Origin: an uncultured Clostridia bacterium
GTDB lineage: Bacteria; Bacillota; Clostridia; Peptostreptococcales; Anaerovoracaceae
Direction of reading: 5' to 3'
DNA: 64,000 nucleotides
Assembly: GCA_938049335.1 (NCBI GenBank)
Contig: CALIYX010000009.1
Span: forward strand, 127,258 to 191,257
This document shows, one piece after another, positions 46,646 through 57,027 of this stretch (position 1 is its first letter; every line of letters starts with the position of its first letter). Under the pieces are notes generated by a model. The model made no database searches and was not told the DNA's origin. It saw only the letters and a list, made by a program, of their open reading frames with translations. The position numbers and the translations under genes were made by a program.

Positions 46646-47386
46646 CTAAATATAGTCTTTTTCGTTAAGGATCTCGCTAGTGTTACTTATATTTTCTTTG
46701 ATTGCCAAGTATCTATCGCGTACGCTAGAGTCAATTATCTTTTTTAGGGCATCTCCTATTGATATTTCTTTCTCGTAATACCAAAGCGGATGAACTAGCA
46801 TTTGAATCTTATTAAACTTCTTTTCTGCGATTATACCATCGACATCTTCTCTCCAGCGCCTTCTGCTATCGGAGACATATTTGATATCTCCATCAAAAAA
46901 GACCTTGTCATAGGCATTTATTATTCCATCGGTCTTTATGTTCATATCGAGTGTAATCTTGTCAGGTCTGTGCATTGACATAAATCTCACCGGTTCCCCT
47001 ATGATATCCGATAGGATCTTCGCCTCCTGCGTAATAGCTTTGCCGTAGTCAAAACTCCTCCTATCAGTTTCAGAACAGTAGACTGTATCATCAAAGTGTA
47101 AGCCGACATTATGGCCTAATCTAACAAGTTCTTTAATCAAATGCCTCTCTCTATTTCCTCCAATATTATAGAAGTTTGTAAACATCAGAATAAAATAGGT
47201 TGACGAAACACCGAGTTCATTTTCAATTTTAGCCATTTCAACAGCCTTTTCTAGCGACATGTCTACATCATGCCTTAGGATTATTTCCTGATCATATCTA
47301 TTATAGTTAGAGTAACCACAGAAAGAATATCCCTGCTTCTTTGCTAGCTCTATTATGTTTTTATACCAAGAATGGGTAAATTCCAT
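46646..47386 (-). CDS. Polysaccharide deacetylase-family protein (divergent)
   Basis: A 246-aa protein with an RHDVD motif resembling the NodB Asp-rich motif. Confidence 0.4.
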   Translation of the reverse strand: MEFTHSWYKNIIELAKKQGYSFCGYSNYNRYDQEIILRHDVDMSLEKAVEMAKIENELGVSSTYFILMFTNFYNIGGNRERHLIKELVRLGHNVGLHFDDTVYCSETDRRSFDYGKAITQEAKILSDIIGEPVRFMSMHRPDKITLDMNIKTDGIINAYDKVFFDGDIKYVSDSRRRWREDVDGIIAEKKFNKIQMLVHPLWYYEKEISIGDALKKIIDSSVRDRYLAIKENISNTSEILNEKDYI

Positions 47387-47403
47387 TATCTTTCCTCGCC
47401 TAT

Positions 47404-48639
47404 CTATTCCTCAATTAACTCAATTAATTTATCTGTAAGTCTCTTAAAATCAAACTCCTTAGCTAACATGCTGGCATTATTACACCACATATTATATCTA
47501 TCTTCATCGCCGTTAAGCATATCTGCAATCAGCTCTGCCATCTCAAGCGGTCCATCAGAGTTCTTAGCAATTCCGATTTGATTTTTGTTTATTATGCCAA
47601 ATTCATTTTCCTCGCAATCCATTACAATTGGTTTTCCACTTGCAATGTAGTCAAAGAGCTTATTACCACTTATTCCATACTTAGACAGGCCTCCTATATC
47701 ACCGTCCATAAGGTTTAGATCGCTTTTGCTCAAAACGTAAGGAATGCATTCCTTCTCAACTCTTCCCTTAAAAACAATATTAGTAAGTCCTTTTTCCTTA
47801 ACCTTTTCTCTAAGTAGTTCTAGCTGATCACCACCACCGTAAACTATGATTTTGATGTTGCTTGCAATCTTTGATAGATGCTCTGCTATATCTATAAAGT
47901 TACCGGGCTTATTTGCAGCTCTAAGAGATCCCGTATATAGAACTTTCTTGAAGCTGTCATCATCTAAATCTACATCTTCGAAGCTCTTAGTCATCTTATT
48001 CTCATTGTATACTTCTAGATCTATACCGTTATTTATGAAGTGAATCTTCTCCTTTGAAATATCCTTCTCCCAGCCTCTATCCGAAATATACTTGCCGGCA
48101 CCTGGCATCGTGAATATAAGAGTGTCTGCTCTCCTGTATAGCCTTCGTTCCCCTCTATACATAAGCTTTGTTAGTATGTGATTTCTAGGAATAATTTCAT
48201 ATTCCACAAGGCTTTCCGGCCAGAGATCCCTTACCTCACAGATGCACTTAACACCTAGTTTTTTAGCAATTTTAATACCAGCAAGCAATGTCAAAGGATG
48301 AACTGAAGATGCAAAAATCACATCTGGCTTATCATAATTTTTAACCACACGAAATATGCGCCTATAGAACTGGTACATATTCTTTACGCGGCTCTTTCCG
48401 TTGCCTACATAATTAGATGTCTCTATAAGCGTGTACTTGAGGCCGTCTACTTCTTTGTCGCAGTAGCCAGACTCTCCCACATCAAAATTTATATCCGTGT
48501 CGTGCACTGTCGACGCACAAAATATCCTCACGTCATAGCCAGCTCTAATTAAATACTTTGCAAACCAGTAGTGTCTTCCGCCATGATCGAGCATCGTATC
48601 AGTTGCATAATGATTAAAAATCCAAACTTTTTTGTTCAT
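47404..48639 (-). CDS. Glycosyltransferase family 4
   Basis: A ~411-aa protein with a GT4 fold (EVRDLWPESL). Confidence 0.55.
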   Translation of the reverse strand: MNKKVWIFNHYATDTMLDHGGRHYWFAKYLIRAGYDVRIFCASTVHDTDINFDVGESGYCDKEVDGLKYTLIETSNYVGNGKSRVKNMYQFYRRIFRVVKNYDKPDVIFASSVHPLTLLAGIKIAKKLGVKCICEVRDLWPESLVEYEIIPRNHILTKLMYRGERRLYRRADTLIFTMPGAGKYISDRGWEKDISKEKIHFINNGIDLEVYNENKMTKSFEDVDLDDDSFKKVLYTGSLRAANKPGNFIDIAEHLSKIASNIKIIVYGGGDQLELLREKVKEKGLTNIVFKGRVEKECIPYVLSKSDLNLMDGDIGGLSKYGISGNKLFDYIASGKPIVMDCEENEFGIINKNQIGIAKNSDGPLEMAELIADMLNGDEDRYNMWCNNASMLAKEFDFKRLTDKLIELIEE

Positions 48640-48644
48640 AATTT

Positions 48645-49763
48645 CTAGTATGCGCTCTTTACAACATCGCATATTGTCTTTAGCTCATCATCTGTTAGAT
48701 ATGGATGCATAGGAAGACTCATAACCGTCTTGCTAAGCTTTTCGCATTCAGGTAGAACTACGCCTTCATTTGCTTCTGCATATGCAGTCGACTTGTGCAT
48801 TGGAATAGGATAGTAGACCATGGCTGGAATACCATTGTCATTAAGTGTCTTAATTAGCTTTTCTCTTTCCTCAGTTGACTTTAGTTTAAGTGTAAACTGA
48901 GCCCATGATGAGCCGTAACCTTCAGGTACTACCGGTGTTTCTACTATATCCTTTAGTTCCTTTGTATAGTAATCAGCCACATGATTTCTCTTGACCAGCT
49001 CATCATCAAAGATATTCAGCTTTTCGATAAGCACTGCTCCCTGAATAGTATCAAGTCTGCTGTTTAGACCAATCTGAATGTTATCATACTTGTCTGATCC
49101 CTGTCCGTGGACATGGATGGACTTCATCTTTGCATAAAGCTCATCTGAGTTTGTGAATATCGCACCACCATCACCGTAGCACCCTAGTGGCTTAGCTGGG
49201 AAGAATGATGTACCTGCAACATCACCGAATGAGCAAGCCTTCTTTTCACCGATAGTTCCACCGAATCCTTGTGCAGCATCCTCTAGGACAAACAAGTTAT
49301 ACTTGTCAGCAATTCTTCTTATCTCATTGAAATCAGCAGGAAGTCCAAATAGATCAACGGCAATAATGCCCTTTGGCGCAAGTTTTCCTTCAGCAAGAGT
49401 CTTTTCTATGGTCTCTTCTAGAGCCTTAGGATTAATATTAAATGTATCTCTGCATGAATCTACAAATACTGGTGTTCCTCCAGCAAGGCTTACGCTTTCA
49501 CCACTTGCAAAGAATGTGAATGATGGTACGAAAACCGCATCAGTCTTCTTTACTCCATATGCCATTAGTGGAATTGTCAAAGCATCTGTACCACTTGCGC
49601 AAGCGATTACATGCTTAACTCCAACATATTCTGCAAGTCTTTTCTCAAGCTCTGCAACTTCAGCTCCTCCTATGAAGTGCTTGTGTGCAAGAATCTCCTG
49701 AATTCTCTCGTTTACCTTTGCCTCTATAACATCGTACTGTCTGTGTAGATCAATAAATTGCAT
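48645..49763 (-). CDS. DegT/DnrJ/EryC1 aminotransferase (WbpE-like, UDP-2-acetamido-3-amino sugar)
   Basis: A PLP fold with a GTDAL block and a downstream Lys region. It is paired with the adjacent Gfo/Idh/MocA oxidoreductase. Confidence 0.6.
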   Translation of the reverse strand: MQFIDLHRQYDVIEAKVNERIQEILAHKHFIGGAEVAELEKRLAEYVGVKHVIACASGTDALTIPLMAYGVKKTDAVFVPSFTFFASGESVSLAGGTPVFVDSCRDTFNINPKALEETIEKTLAEGKLAPKGIIAVDLFGLPADFNEIRRIADKYNLFVLEDAAQGFGGTIGEKKACSFGDVAGTSFFPAKPLGCYGDGGAIFTNSDELYAKMKSIHVHGQGSDKYDNIQIGLNSRLDTIQGAVLIEKLNIFDDELVKRNHVADYYTKELKDIVETPVVPEGYGSSWAQFTLKLKSTEEREKLIKTLNDNGIPAMVYYPIPMHKSTAYAEANEGVVLPECEKLSKTVMSLPMHPYLTDDELKTICDVVKSAY

Positions 49764-49817
49764 AACTACATCCCCTCCAATATCTAAATATCTAAATGAA
49801 ATATTTTTGTTCAAAAA

Positions 49818-50804
49818 CTATATTAGTTGCTTATCTGCTTCTTCTAAAATCTTTAGCATTCTAATTGCTGAGTCTGGACCTGTTACGGACTCATGATTAT
49901 TCTCTATGCAGTCTCTGAAGTGGTCAAGACTGTTGAACAGAGCATCACCTTGTTCAAGCGAAGGTATGATACCGTCCCCAATTCTTGTTTTTACAACAAA
50001 GTCTTCGTATTCCATATTCTCAACGATTTTAACATCAAAACCCTTGTCATAAACAATTAACTTGTTCAATGCATCAACATCATCGTATACTATCATCTTC
50101 TTAGTTCCTGCGATGATAATTCTTCTCTCCTTGATTGGAGATAGCCAGCTTGAGCGTAAGTTAGCTAGGAACTTATCGAATTTGATGTTAAGGAATGTTA
50201 TCGATTCTCTCTTAGTATAGATTTTCTCTCCCATAGCGCTTACTGCAATAGGCTCTGCTCCATCAGATAGATAATCTATGATAGAAAGATCGTGAACACT
50301 TAAATCCCACATTGAGCTCACATCATTCTTAAGCTGACCAAGATTTATTCTTGAGCAATCGAAATATAGTAAATCTCCAAGATCTCCACCATCAATTATT
50401 TCCTTAATTTTTTTGATCACTGGGTGGTATACCATTATGTGGTCAACATGTATTTTTAGATTCTTTTCCTTTGCAAGGTCCCTCAAAATAACAGCCTGCT
50501 CTACCGAATCTGTGAAAGGCTTTTCTACATATACATTTTTTCCTGCAAGTAGTGCCTCTTTTGCAAGCTGAAAGTGAGCGCTAGTCTCTACTGCAAGTGC
50601 TACTGCCTCTAGCTCAGGATCCTCTAGTAGGTCTCTAAAATTCTCTGTGTATGTAACGGACTCAGCATAAGTATTCTTTGCAAGCTCAATTCTCTCAGGC
50701 TTTTTGTCGCAAAGATATTTGAAATCAAAATTCTTATTTCTATAAATATTTCTCGCTACATTCGGTCCCCAGTATCCAAATCCAACTAAACCGATCTTAA
50801 CCAT
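49818..50804 (-). CDS. Gfo/Idh/MocA oxidoreductase (WbpB-like UDP-GlcNAcA 3-dehydrogenase)
   Basis: A 328-aa protein with N-terminal VGFGYWGPNVARN. Confidence 0.55.
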   Translation of the reverse strand: MVKIGLVGFGYWGPNVARNIYRNKNFDFKYLCDKKPERIELAKNTYAESVTYTENFRDLLEDPELEAVALAVETSAHFQLAKEALLAGKNVYVEKPFTDSVEQAVILRDLAKEKNLKIHVDHIMVYHPVIKKIKEIIDGGDLGDLLYFDCSRINLGQLKNDVSSMWDLSVHDLSIIDYLSDGAEPIAVSAMGEKIYTKRESITFLNIKFDKFLANLRSSWLSPIKERRIIIAGTKKMIVYDDVDALNKLIVYDKGFDVKIVENMEYEDFVVKTRIGDGIIPSLEQGDALFNSLDHFRDCIENNHESVTGPDSAIRMLKILEEADKQLI

Positions 50805-50842
50805 TTCTTACTCCTTGTTGCTAAATTATATCCTTGAATTAA

Positions 50843-51745
50843 TTATTTACTCTTTTTGTGTGCCTTAGCCGGCGTGCCAAATACTGTTAGTCCTGATTCA
50901 ACATCAGACATAACAACACTATTCATGCCGACTGTAACATTATCTCCTAGCTTAATCTGATTCATAATAACAGACGAAGCTATATATACATTATCACCAG
51001 TCTCAACAGAACCGTACAAATACGTTCCTGAAACAAGTGTATTTTTCTTTCCGAGGATGCAGTTGTGACTCACCTGACAAAGCGCATCTATCGATGTCTC
51101 ATCTCCAATAACGGTATCATCGATGGTTCCTCTAGAAACTGTTGTTCCAGTTCCTATGTAAACGGATTTACCAATCTCAACACCACCATAGTGGCTCAGC
51201 ATTTTTCTGTGTCCATCAGCACCTTCTACATATCCAAGGTCTGCATCACCTATGCAAACGCCTGATTCTATGATGGCGTTTTCTCCAATTTTGACATTTC
51301 CCTTTATGGAAACATTGTTTCCAATAATGCTATTTATGCCAACTTTGATATTTCCATCTAGACTGCAGTTGTGTCCGATTTTTACACCCTCTCCAATCAC
51401 GCATTCGTCTGAAATATAGGTGTTATGTCCTATATTTTTTGACTGGTCTGCTTCATTACTTGTCTCTGCAAAGTACTCAACTAAGGAGAAAAATACTCTC
51501 TTTGAGCTAACGGTGTAAATTATATTTGGACAGCTTATGCTCTCACCAGTTTGCGTAATAACAAGTTTGCATCCGGATATATCCATACCCTTAGGAATTG
51601 ATTCTAATTTTTTTATCCATGTGAAGGTTCCCTGCTTGTAGTTCTTTAGCGATGAAAAACCGTCTATCTCACAGTTTTCATCTCCACTGAACTTGAAGCT
51701 TTCTCCACTTTCTTTTAGATATTCTAGAAGTTCTTTAATCTTCAT
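50843..51745 (-). CDS. LpxD-like hexapeptide acyltransferase, paralog C
   Basis: A 300-aa protein with hexapeptide repeats across the C-terminal two-thirds. Confidence 0.55.
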   Translation of the reverse strand: MKIKELLEYLKESGESFKFSGDENCEIDGFSSLKNYKQGTFTWIKKLESIPKGMDISGCKLVITQTGESISCPNIIYTVSSKRVFFSLVEYFAETSNEADQSKNIGHNTYISDECVIGEGVKIGHNCSLDGNIKVGINSIIGNNVSIKGNVKIGENAIIESGVCIGDADLGYVEGADGHRKMLSHYGGVEIGKSVYIGTGTTVSRGTIDDTVIGDETSIDALCQVSHNCILGKKNTLVSGTYLYGSVETGDNVYIASSVIMNQIKLGDNVTVGMNSVVMSDVESGLTVFGTPAKAHKKSK

Positions 51746-51754
51746 TTTTCTCTC

Positions 51755-52411
51755 TTATTTCCCGATGTTTAGGTTTTCTCGTATCTCTTTTGCCGGATTA
51801 CCATAAGCCACTATCTTATCTGAAGTATCTTTAGTTATCACAGCACCAGCTCCAATAATGCAATCTGAACCAACGGTTCTTCCGAGTGTTACAATTACTC
51901 CATCATCAATAAGTGTGTTCGATTTTATTTTGACGCCTCCCGAAAGGACTACACCAGACGCAATATAGACATGATCCTCAATGACATTGTCGTGATTTAC
52001 CTGTGAACCTGTATTTACCACAACATTGTCACCTATCGTAGGATTAGGTGTTATCAAGCAGCCACACTCTATTAATATACCTTTGCCAAGCTTAGCACCT
52101 GGTGCAACAACAGCGTTTGGATGTATTATGTTTACAGCCTCCCAGCCCTTTGCCACAAAGTTGTTATATACCTCTCTTCTATACTTCATACTGCCAAATG
52201 AGATGAAGAATTTATTTGTATTGTATTTTGCTTTTAGAGCATCGAGGTCTTCATATATTTCATCTATATGGACGCCGTTTATGGTCTTACCTCTGTTTTC
52301 CGGATTTCCGTCGATTGCACAAGCAACCTCATATTTATCTTGCTCTCTTAAATTGTAAAGAACAACATTAAAATGCTGTCCTGTTCCAACTAGGATTATC
52401 TTCTCCTTCAT
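51755..52411 (-). CDS. PglD/NeuD-family sugar N-acetyltransferase
   Basis: A 218-aa protein with an N-terminal Rossmann-like domain (ILVGTGQHFNVV) and a C-terminal hexapeptide domain. Confidence 0.6.
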   Translation of the reverse strand: MKEKIILVGTGQHFNVVLYNLREQDKYEVACAIDGNPENRGKTINGVHIDEIYEDLDALKAKYNTNKFFISFGSMKYRREVYNNFVAKGWEAVNIIHPNAVVAPGAKLGKGILIECGCLITPNPTIGDNVVVNTGSQVNHDNVIEDHVYIASGVVLSGGVKIKSNTLIDDGVIVTLGRTVGSDCIIGAGAVITKDTSDKIVAYGNPAKEIRENLNIGK

Positions 52412-52420
52412 AGCAATCCT

Positions 52421-53047
52421 CTAATTATTTCCTGTAAAATCTTCCATAGTAGCTGCTGAATCTGAGTTTATTCCTTCTCTCTTAAGCACGCAGTATATGG
52501 TTTTAAAAAATATTGATACATCTAGTCCAAATGAAACCTTGTCGACATATTCGATATCCTTGTTGAACTTCTCAGTCCAAGTTATCGCATTTCTTCCTGA
52601 CACCTGTGCAAGTCCTGTAAGCCCTGGTCTTACATCGTGTCTTCTTTTTTGCTCATCACTATATAATGGCAAGTATTTAACTAAGAGAGGCCTCGGCCCA
52701 ACAATGGACATATCGCCCTTTAGTATATTGTAAAGCTCAGGTAGTTCATCTAGGCTTGTTGATCTAAGTTTCTTACCAAAGCTAGTTAGTCTATACTCGT
52801 CATCAAGCAGATTCCCATTCTCATCCTTGGCATCAGTCATGGTTCTAAACTTATATAGCTTAAACACCTTACCGTTTAGTCCAGGTCTTTCCTGCTTAAA
52901 GATTACAGGCCCTCCAAGCTTTACTCTTACAAGTATTGCAAGAATTATAAGTAAGGGGCTAAAGATTATTATGCTTAGCGCCGCTATGAGAAAATCCATA
53001 AACCTCTTTATTAATTTGCAGTACAATCCATTTGATTTTGATTTCAT
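52421..53047 (-). CDS. Undecaprenyl-phosphate sugar-1-phosphate transferase (PglC/WbaP C-domain family)
   Basis: A 208-aa protein with one N-terminal TM and the conserved block KLYKFRTM...DELPQL-like (DELPELYNILKGDMSIVGPRP). Confidence 0.75.
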   Translation of the reverse strand: MKSKSNGLYCKLIKRFMDFLIAALSIIIFSPLLIILAILVRVKLGGPVIFKQERPGLNGKVFKLYKFRTMTDAKDENGNLLDDEYRLTSFGKKLRSTSLDELPELYNILKGDMSIVGPRPLLVKYLPLYSDEQKRRHDVRPGLTGLAQVSGRNAITWTEKFNKDIEYVDKVSFGLDVSIFFKTIYCVLKREGINSDSAATMEDFTGNN

Positions 53048-53089
53048 TCTTTACCTTAAATTCGTTTCTATTTCTATTTAAATATTCAT

Positions 53090-54145
53090 CTATTTCTTTA
53101 GAAGTTTATTCTTTAGGTACTTCTGCGCGTGCTTGTCATAGAGTTCCTTGCAAAGTATTGAAAGCGCTACACAAAGTACAAAAGAGACTAGCAGCTTACC
53201 CTTATTAGACTCAAATCCAGTGAGCCCACAAACCTTAGCTGAAAGTCTCCACAGGAATACCTGCAATATGAAGAAGTAAAATGTAAGACTTCCTGCATAC
53301 TTTATAAGCTTGCTTTTTGTTAGTAAGCGAGGCTTAAACTTAATTGAAATTAGCATAGCCAAAGCTATTAAATAGTAGTACAGAGGTGTAGTTACATATA
53401 CTATTCCCATCTTATAGTGCAGTGTAAAAGCTGTTATCAATCCTGTGATAATCAGATTTACTGCCATCATAAGGGCTGCTTTCTTATTATTCCCTTTATC
53501 GTCCTCAGTAAATGCCATGCAAAGTGCTGCTCCAAATGCCACCTGCATTGCACGAAATACAGGGTTTACATATCCAGGTTGCACCCCAAATATCTGTAGC
53601 ATAACCACTTCCGAGTATACTAGAACAGAGAATATAACTGATGTTACTAGGTATATACACCTTCGGTTCATCTTGAGCAGCTCTTGAACTAGCGGATATA
53701 TGAAATATCCTAGAAGCAAAGAACTTATAAACCACGTCGCTCCACTGTGCGATATTCCAAATAGACCGCCGTACATGGATTGCAATCCAAGAAGCTCAAC
53801 TGGTGTTGAGTATATCTTCTGCTGAAGCGTGTTCTCTACAAGTACATACGAGAGCATATGCACCAAAATGTAGATCGGGAAAAGCGTTATGAACCTCTTC
53901 TTATAGAAAGTTCTAAGTTCTCCCGCGTCGAGCAAGTTTCTATTGCTATTGTTATAGTATATGGAAAAACCAGATACGACAAAGAAGCAAACCATTATTG
54001 GTGATGTAGTCGCACATATCAAGCCATCTACTAAGCTACTCCCATATGTACATCCGAACATCGTTATGGAATGCCTCATATATATAAGAACTGCACAGCA
54101 GATCTTAATTATATCCAGTATCGCTAGATGTTCTCGTTTTTCCAT
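53090..54145 (-). CDS. Membrane acyltransferase family 3 (O-acetyltransferase)
   Basis: A 351-aa polytopic membrane protein. Confidence 0.55.
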   Translation of the reverse strand: MEKREHLAILDIIKICCAVLIYMRHSITMFGCTYGSSLVDGLICATTSPIMVCFFVVSGFSIYYNNSNRNLLDAGELRTFYKKRFITLFPIYILVHMLSYVLVENTLQQKIYSTPVELLGLQSMYGGLFGISHSGATWFISSLLLGYFIYPLVQELLKMNRRCIYLVTSVIFSVLVYSEVVMLQIFGVQPGYVNPVFRAMQVAFGAALCMAFTEDDKGNNKKAALMMAVNLIITGLITAFTLHYKMGIVYVTTPLYYYLIALAMLISIKFKPRLLTKSKLIKYAGSLTFYFFILQVFLWRLSAKVCGLTGFESNKGKLLVSFVLCVALSILCKELYDKHAQKYLKNKLLKK

Positions 54146-54198
54146 AAACCTATATCCTTATAAATATATTGAATTATCTCTTTCCCTTACTCTTCGGA

Positions 54199-55521
54199 TT
54201 AAAGAACGTCAATCTTTTCTCTATTCTTAACTTCCTTCATTGCATTCTTAGAATCGAAGATAGCCTGAGCGTTCTTCTCTATCATGTCGTAGTCAACGTT
54301 TGTGTGTGCCGCAGCAACAAATACTATATCGTAGCTAGCAATTGCTTCAGGACTTATATCAGTTAATCCGACATATTCCTTACCGTGCGCTCTGAACTTA
54401 GGAATGTATGGGTCGAAGAAATCAACATCTGCACCTTCGCGCTGCAAGATTTCGATTACATCGATAGCTGGGCTTTCTCTGTAATCATCTATATCAGCCT
54501 TGTATGCTACTCCAAGAACTAGTACCTTTGATCCATTCAAAGCTTTCTTTGCGCGATTCAAAACCTTAGCAGCTCTGTCCACGCAGTACTCTGGCATCTT
54601 GTCGTTTATCATCATTGATGCTTCGATCATAGAAGTGTGGAAGCCGAACTCTCTTGCCTTCCATGTTAGGTAGTATGGATCTAGAGGTATGCAGTGTCCA
54701 CCTAGACCTGGTCCTGGATAGAAAGCCTGGAAGCCGTATGGCTTTGTCTTAGCAGCATCAACAACCTCCCAAAGGCTGATATTCATTCTATCGCAAAGGA
54801 TAGCAAGCTCATTAACGAGTCCGATATTGATATTTCTGTATGTGTTCTCTAGAATCTTCTCCATCTCAGCTACAGCTGGTGATGAAACCTCGTGAACATC
54901 TCCTACGAGAACTTCGCGATACATCTTTGCTATAACTTCGGTTGCATCCTTGCCAATAGCTCCAACAACCTTAGGAGTATTCTTTGTCTTAAACTGCTTG
55001 TTGCCTGGATCTACTCTCTCAGGTGAAAATCCGAGGTAAAAGTCCTCTCCGCATTTAAGTCCAGAACCTTCTTCTAGGATAGGCTTGATTAGCTCCTCTG
55101 TTGTTCCAGGGTATGTTGTTGATTCTAGAACAACCATTGTGCCTGGCTTTAGGTGCTGGGAAATAGCTATTGTTGAGTCCTTAACATAGCTGATATCTGG
55201 CTGCTGGTGAGAATCAAGTGGTGTTGGAACACAGATAGCGATGAAGTCAACATCCTTAACAAATGAAAAGTCGCTTGTTGCAGAAAGCTGTCCTGCATTT
55301 ACAAGCTCTACTAAGTCGTCATCCACGACATCTCCAATGTAATTGTGTCCTTTATTAACTAGGTCAACCTTCTCCTGCTGTACATCAAAGCCTATTGTCT
55401 TAAAGCCAGCCTTTGCCTTCTCTACTGCAAGTGGAAGACCTACATATCCAAGACCTACAACGCCTACAACTATCTCGTGGTTTTCAATTTTCTTAATAAG
55501 GGTTTCTTTAATATTTTTCAC
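54199..55521 (-). CDS. UDP-N-acetyl-D-glucosamine 6-dehydrogenase (WbpA/TviB-like)
   Basis: A 440-aa protein with VGLGYVGLPLA and the catalytic region GGHCIPLDP. Confidence 0.65.
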   Translation of the reverse strand: MKNIKETLIKKIENHEIVVGVVGLGYVGLPLAVEKAKAGFKTIGFDVQQEKVDLVNKGHNYIGDVVDDDLVELVNAGQLSATSDFSFVKDVDFIAICVPTPLDSHQQPDISYVKDSTIAISQHLKPGTMVVLESTTYPGTTEELIKPILEEGSGLKCGEDFYLGFSPERVDPGNKQFKTKNTPKVVGAIGKDATEVIAKMYREVLVGDVHEVSSPAVAEMEKILENTYRNINIGLVNELAILCDRMNISLWEVVDAAKTKPYGFQAFYPGPGLGGHCIPLDPYYLTWKAREFGFHTSMIEASMMINDKMPEYCVDRAAKVLNRAKKALNGSKVLVLGVAYKADIDDYRESPAIDVIEILQREGADVDFFDPYIPKFRAHGKEYVGLTDISPEAIASYDIVFVAAAHTNVDYDMIEKNAQAIFDSKNAMKEVKNREKIDVL

Positions 55522-55661
55522 TTCTATACCTCTAAAGAATTACATATAAAATCTTACAAAAGTCTCTAATTTATCACTCTTCATTTTACCTCAAATGCAG
55601 TGTCTGTGCAAGTTTTTGCAAGCTCTACTAGCCTCTTACAGGCTCTATATTGAGGCTTGTT

Positions 55662-56942
55662 TTATTCGAAACACTTTCTAATCGTTTCGATTATTATATC
55701 CTGCTCCTCCACCGTCATCTTGTTATCGCTCGGCAGACAAAGGCCTCTATGGAATATGTCCATCGATACATCTAAAGGCCTGCCATCTGAGCCCACCGTG
55801 CCACCTGAGATGTAGGCGTTTGTAGTACATCTTCCGCTTCCCTCTCTCGTAACAAAAGGATTCATACGGAATAATGGTTGCGCATGCATAGCCTTCCAAA
55901 TTGGTCGTCCCTCTGCATTTATCTCAACTAGGCGCTCGAGAATTTCTGTAGGGCAGGTCTTTCCTGGCTCACTTATATATAGTGCTTCAGAATCGCTTCT
56001 CACCTGTTTGCACATCGCAGACTCGTCAATGATTGCGCATGAGAGCCAGTAGTTGGGCTCACTGTTTTTCTCATCAAAAGGATTCATCGAAATCGGAAGG
56101 CCTTTGAAGCCTTCTTTGTATCTTTCGTAGATCGCCTTCTTTTGCTCGATATGCTTATCAAGATACGGCATCTGACCTCTTGCAACTCCTGCAATAACAT
56201 TGCTCATTCTGTAGTTATAGCCTACTTCCTCGTGCTGGTACCAAGCTGCTGCCTCTCTTGACTGAGTTGACCATTTCCTAACCTTCTCGGCCGCCTTCTC
56301 GTCGTCTGTAAGTAGCATTCCTCCTGAAGATCCAGTAATTATCTTATTTCCGTTAAAGCTTATCGCATTAAATTGTCCAAATCCACCAGTCTGCTTGCCT
56401 TTATATGTCGCTCCAAATGACTCAGCAGCATCCTCGACGATTATGGCACCATGCTTATCGCAAATGGCTTTTATCTCGTCTATCTTTGCTGGAGTGCCGT
56501 ATAGGTGTGCTATGACAACAAGCTTTACCTCTGGATATAGCTCAAAGGCCTTCTCAAGTGCAACTGGATCCATATTCCAGGTTTCGTACTCTGAGTCTAT
56601 GAAAACGGGCACGCCGCCTTCATAAAGAACAGGATTAACTGTAGCAGAGAAGGTCATATCGGTACAGAAAACCTTATCGCCCGGCTTAACTCCAGCAAGC
56701 TTAACTGCTAGGTGGAGCGCCGATGTTCCCGAAGCAAGAGCAACAGCATCCTTGGTCTCAGCCTTTTCGGCTACAAGACGCTCTAGCTCATTTATGTTTG
56801 CCCCAACCGTGGACATCCAATTTGTTTCGTATGCCTCCCTCATGTAGTCCATCGACTCTTGATAGATTGTAGGCGTTGCTAGCCATACCTTTTTTTCGAA
56901 CTTAAATGCGGTTTCTTTTGACATAAGATTTTGCACGGTCAA
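55662..56942 (-). CDS. DegT-family aminotransferase (PglE-like, UDP-4-amino-4,6-dideoxy-HexNAc)
   Basis: A 426-aa protein with a PLP fold. The listed start is TTG. Confidence 0.55.
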   Translation of the reverse strand: MTVQNLMSKETAFKFEKKVWLATPTIYQESMDYMREAYETNWMSTVGANINELERLVAEKAETKDAVALASGTSALHLAVKLAGVKPGDKVFCTDMTFSATVNPVLYEGGVPVFIDSEYETWNMDPVALEKAFELYPEVKLVVIAHLYGTPAKIDEIKAICDKHGAIIVEDAAESFGATYKGKQTGGFGQFNAISFNGNKIITGSSGGMLLTDDEKAAEKVRKWSTQSREAAAWYQHEEVGYNYRMSNVIAGVARGQMPYLDKHIEQKKAIYERYKEGFKGLPISMNPFDEKNSEPNYWLSCAIIDESAMCKQVRSDSEALYISEPGKTCPTEILERLVEINAEGRPIWKAMHAQPLFRMNPFVTREGSGRCTTNAYISGGTVGSDGRPLDVSMDIFHRGLCLPSDNKMTVEEQDIIIETIRKCFE

Positions 56943-57027
56943 AGACCCTGCTCTCCTTTCGTAAAATCAACTAAATGCTGACATATTTATTGTTTAAGCG
57001 CAAATTGCGTTTAGATCTAAACAAAAT

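Noticed and set aside
53417-53735. Small Cys-rich ORFs on both strands at 53417-53599, 53445-53687 and 53505-53735
   Set aside because: They lie inside the acyltransferase-3 membrane protein gene. Their Cys/His-rich translations result from antisense reading of hydrophobic codons.
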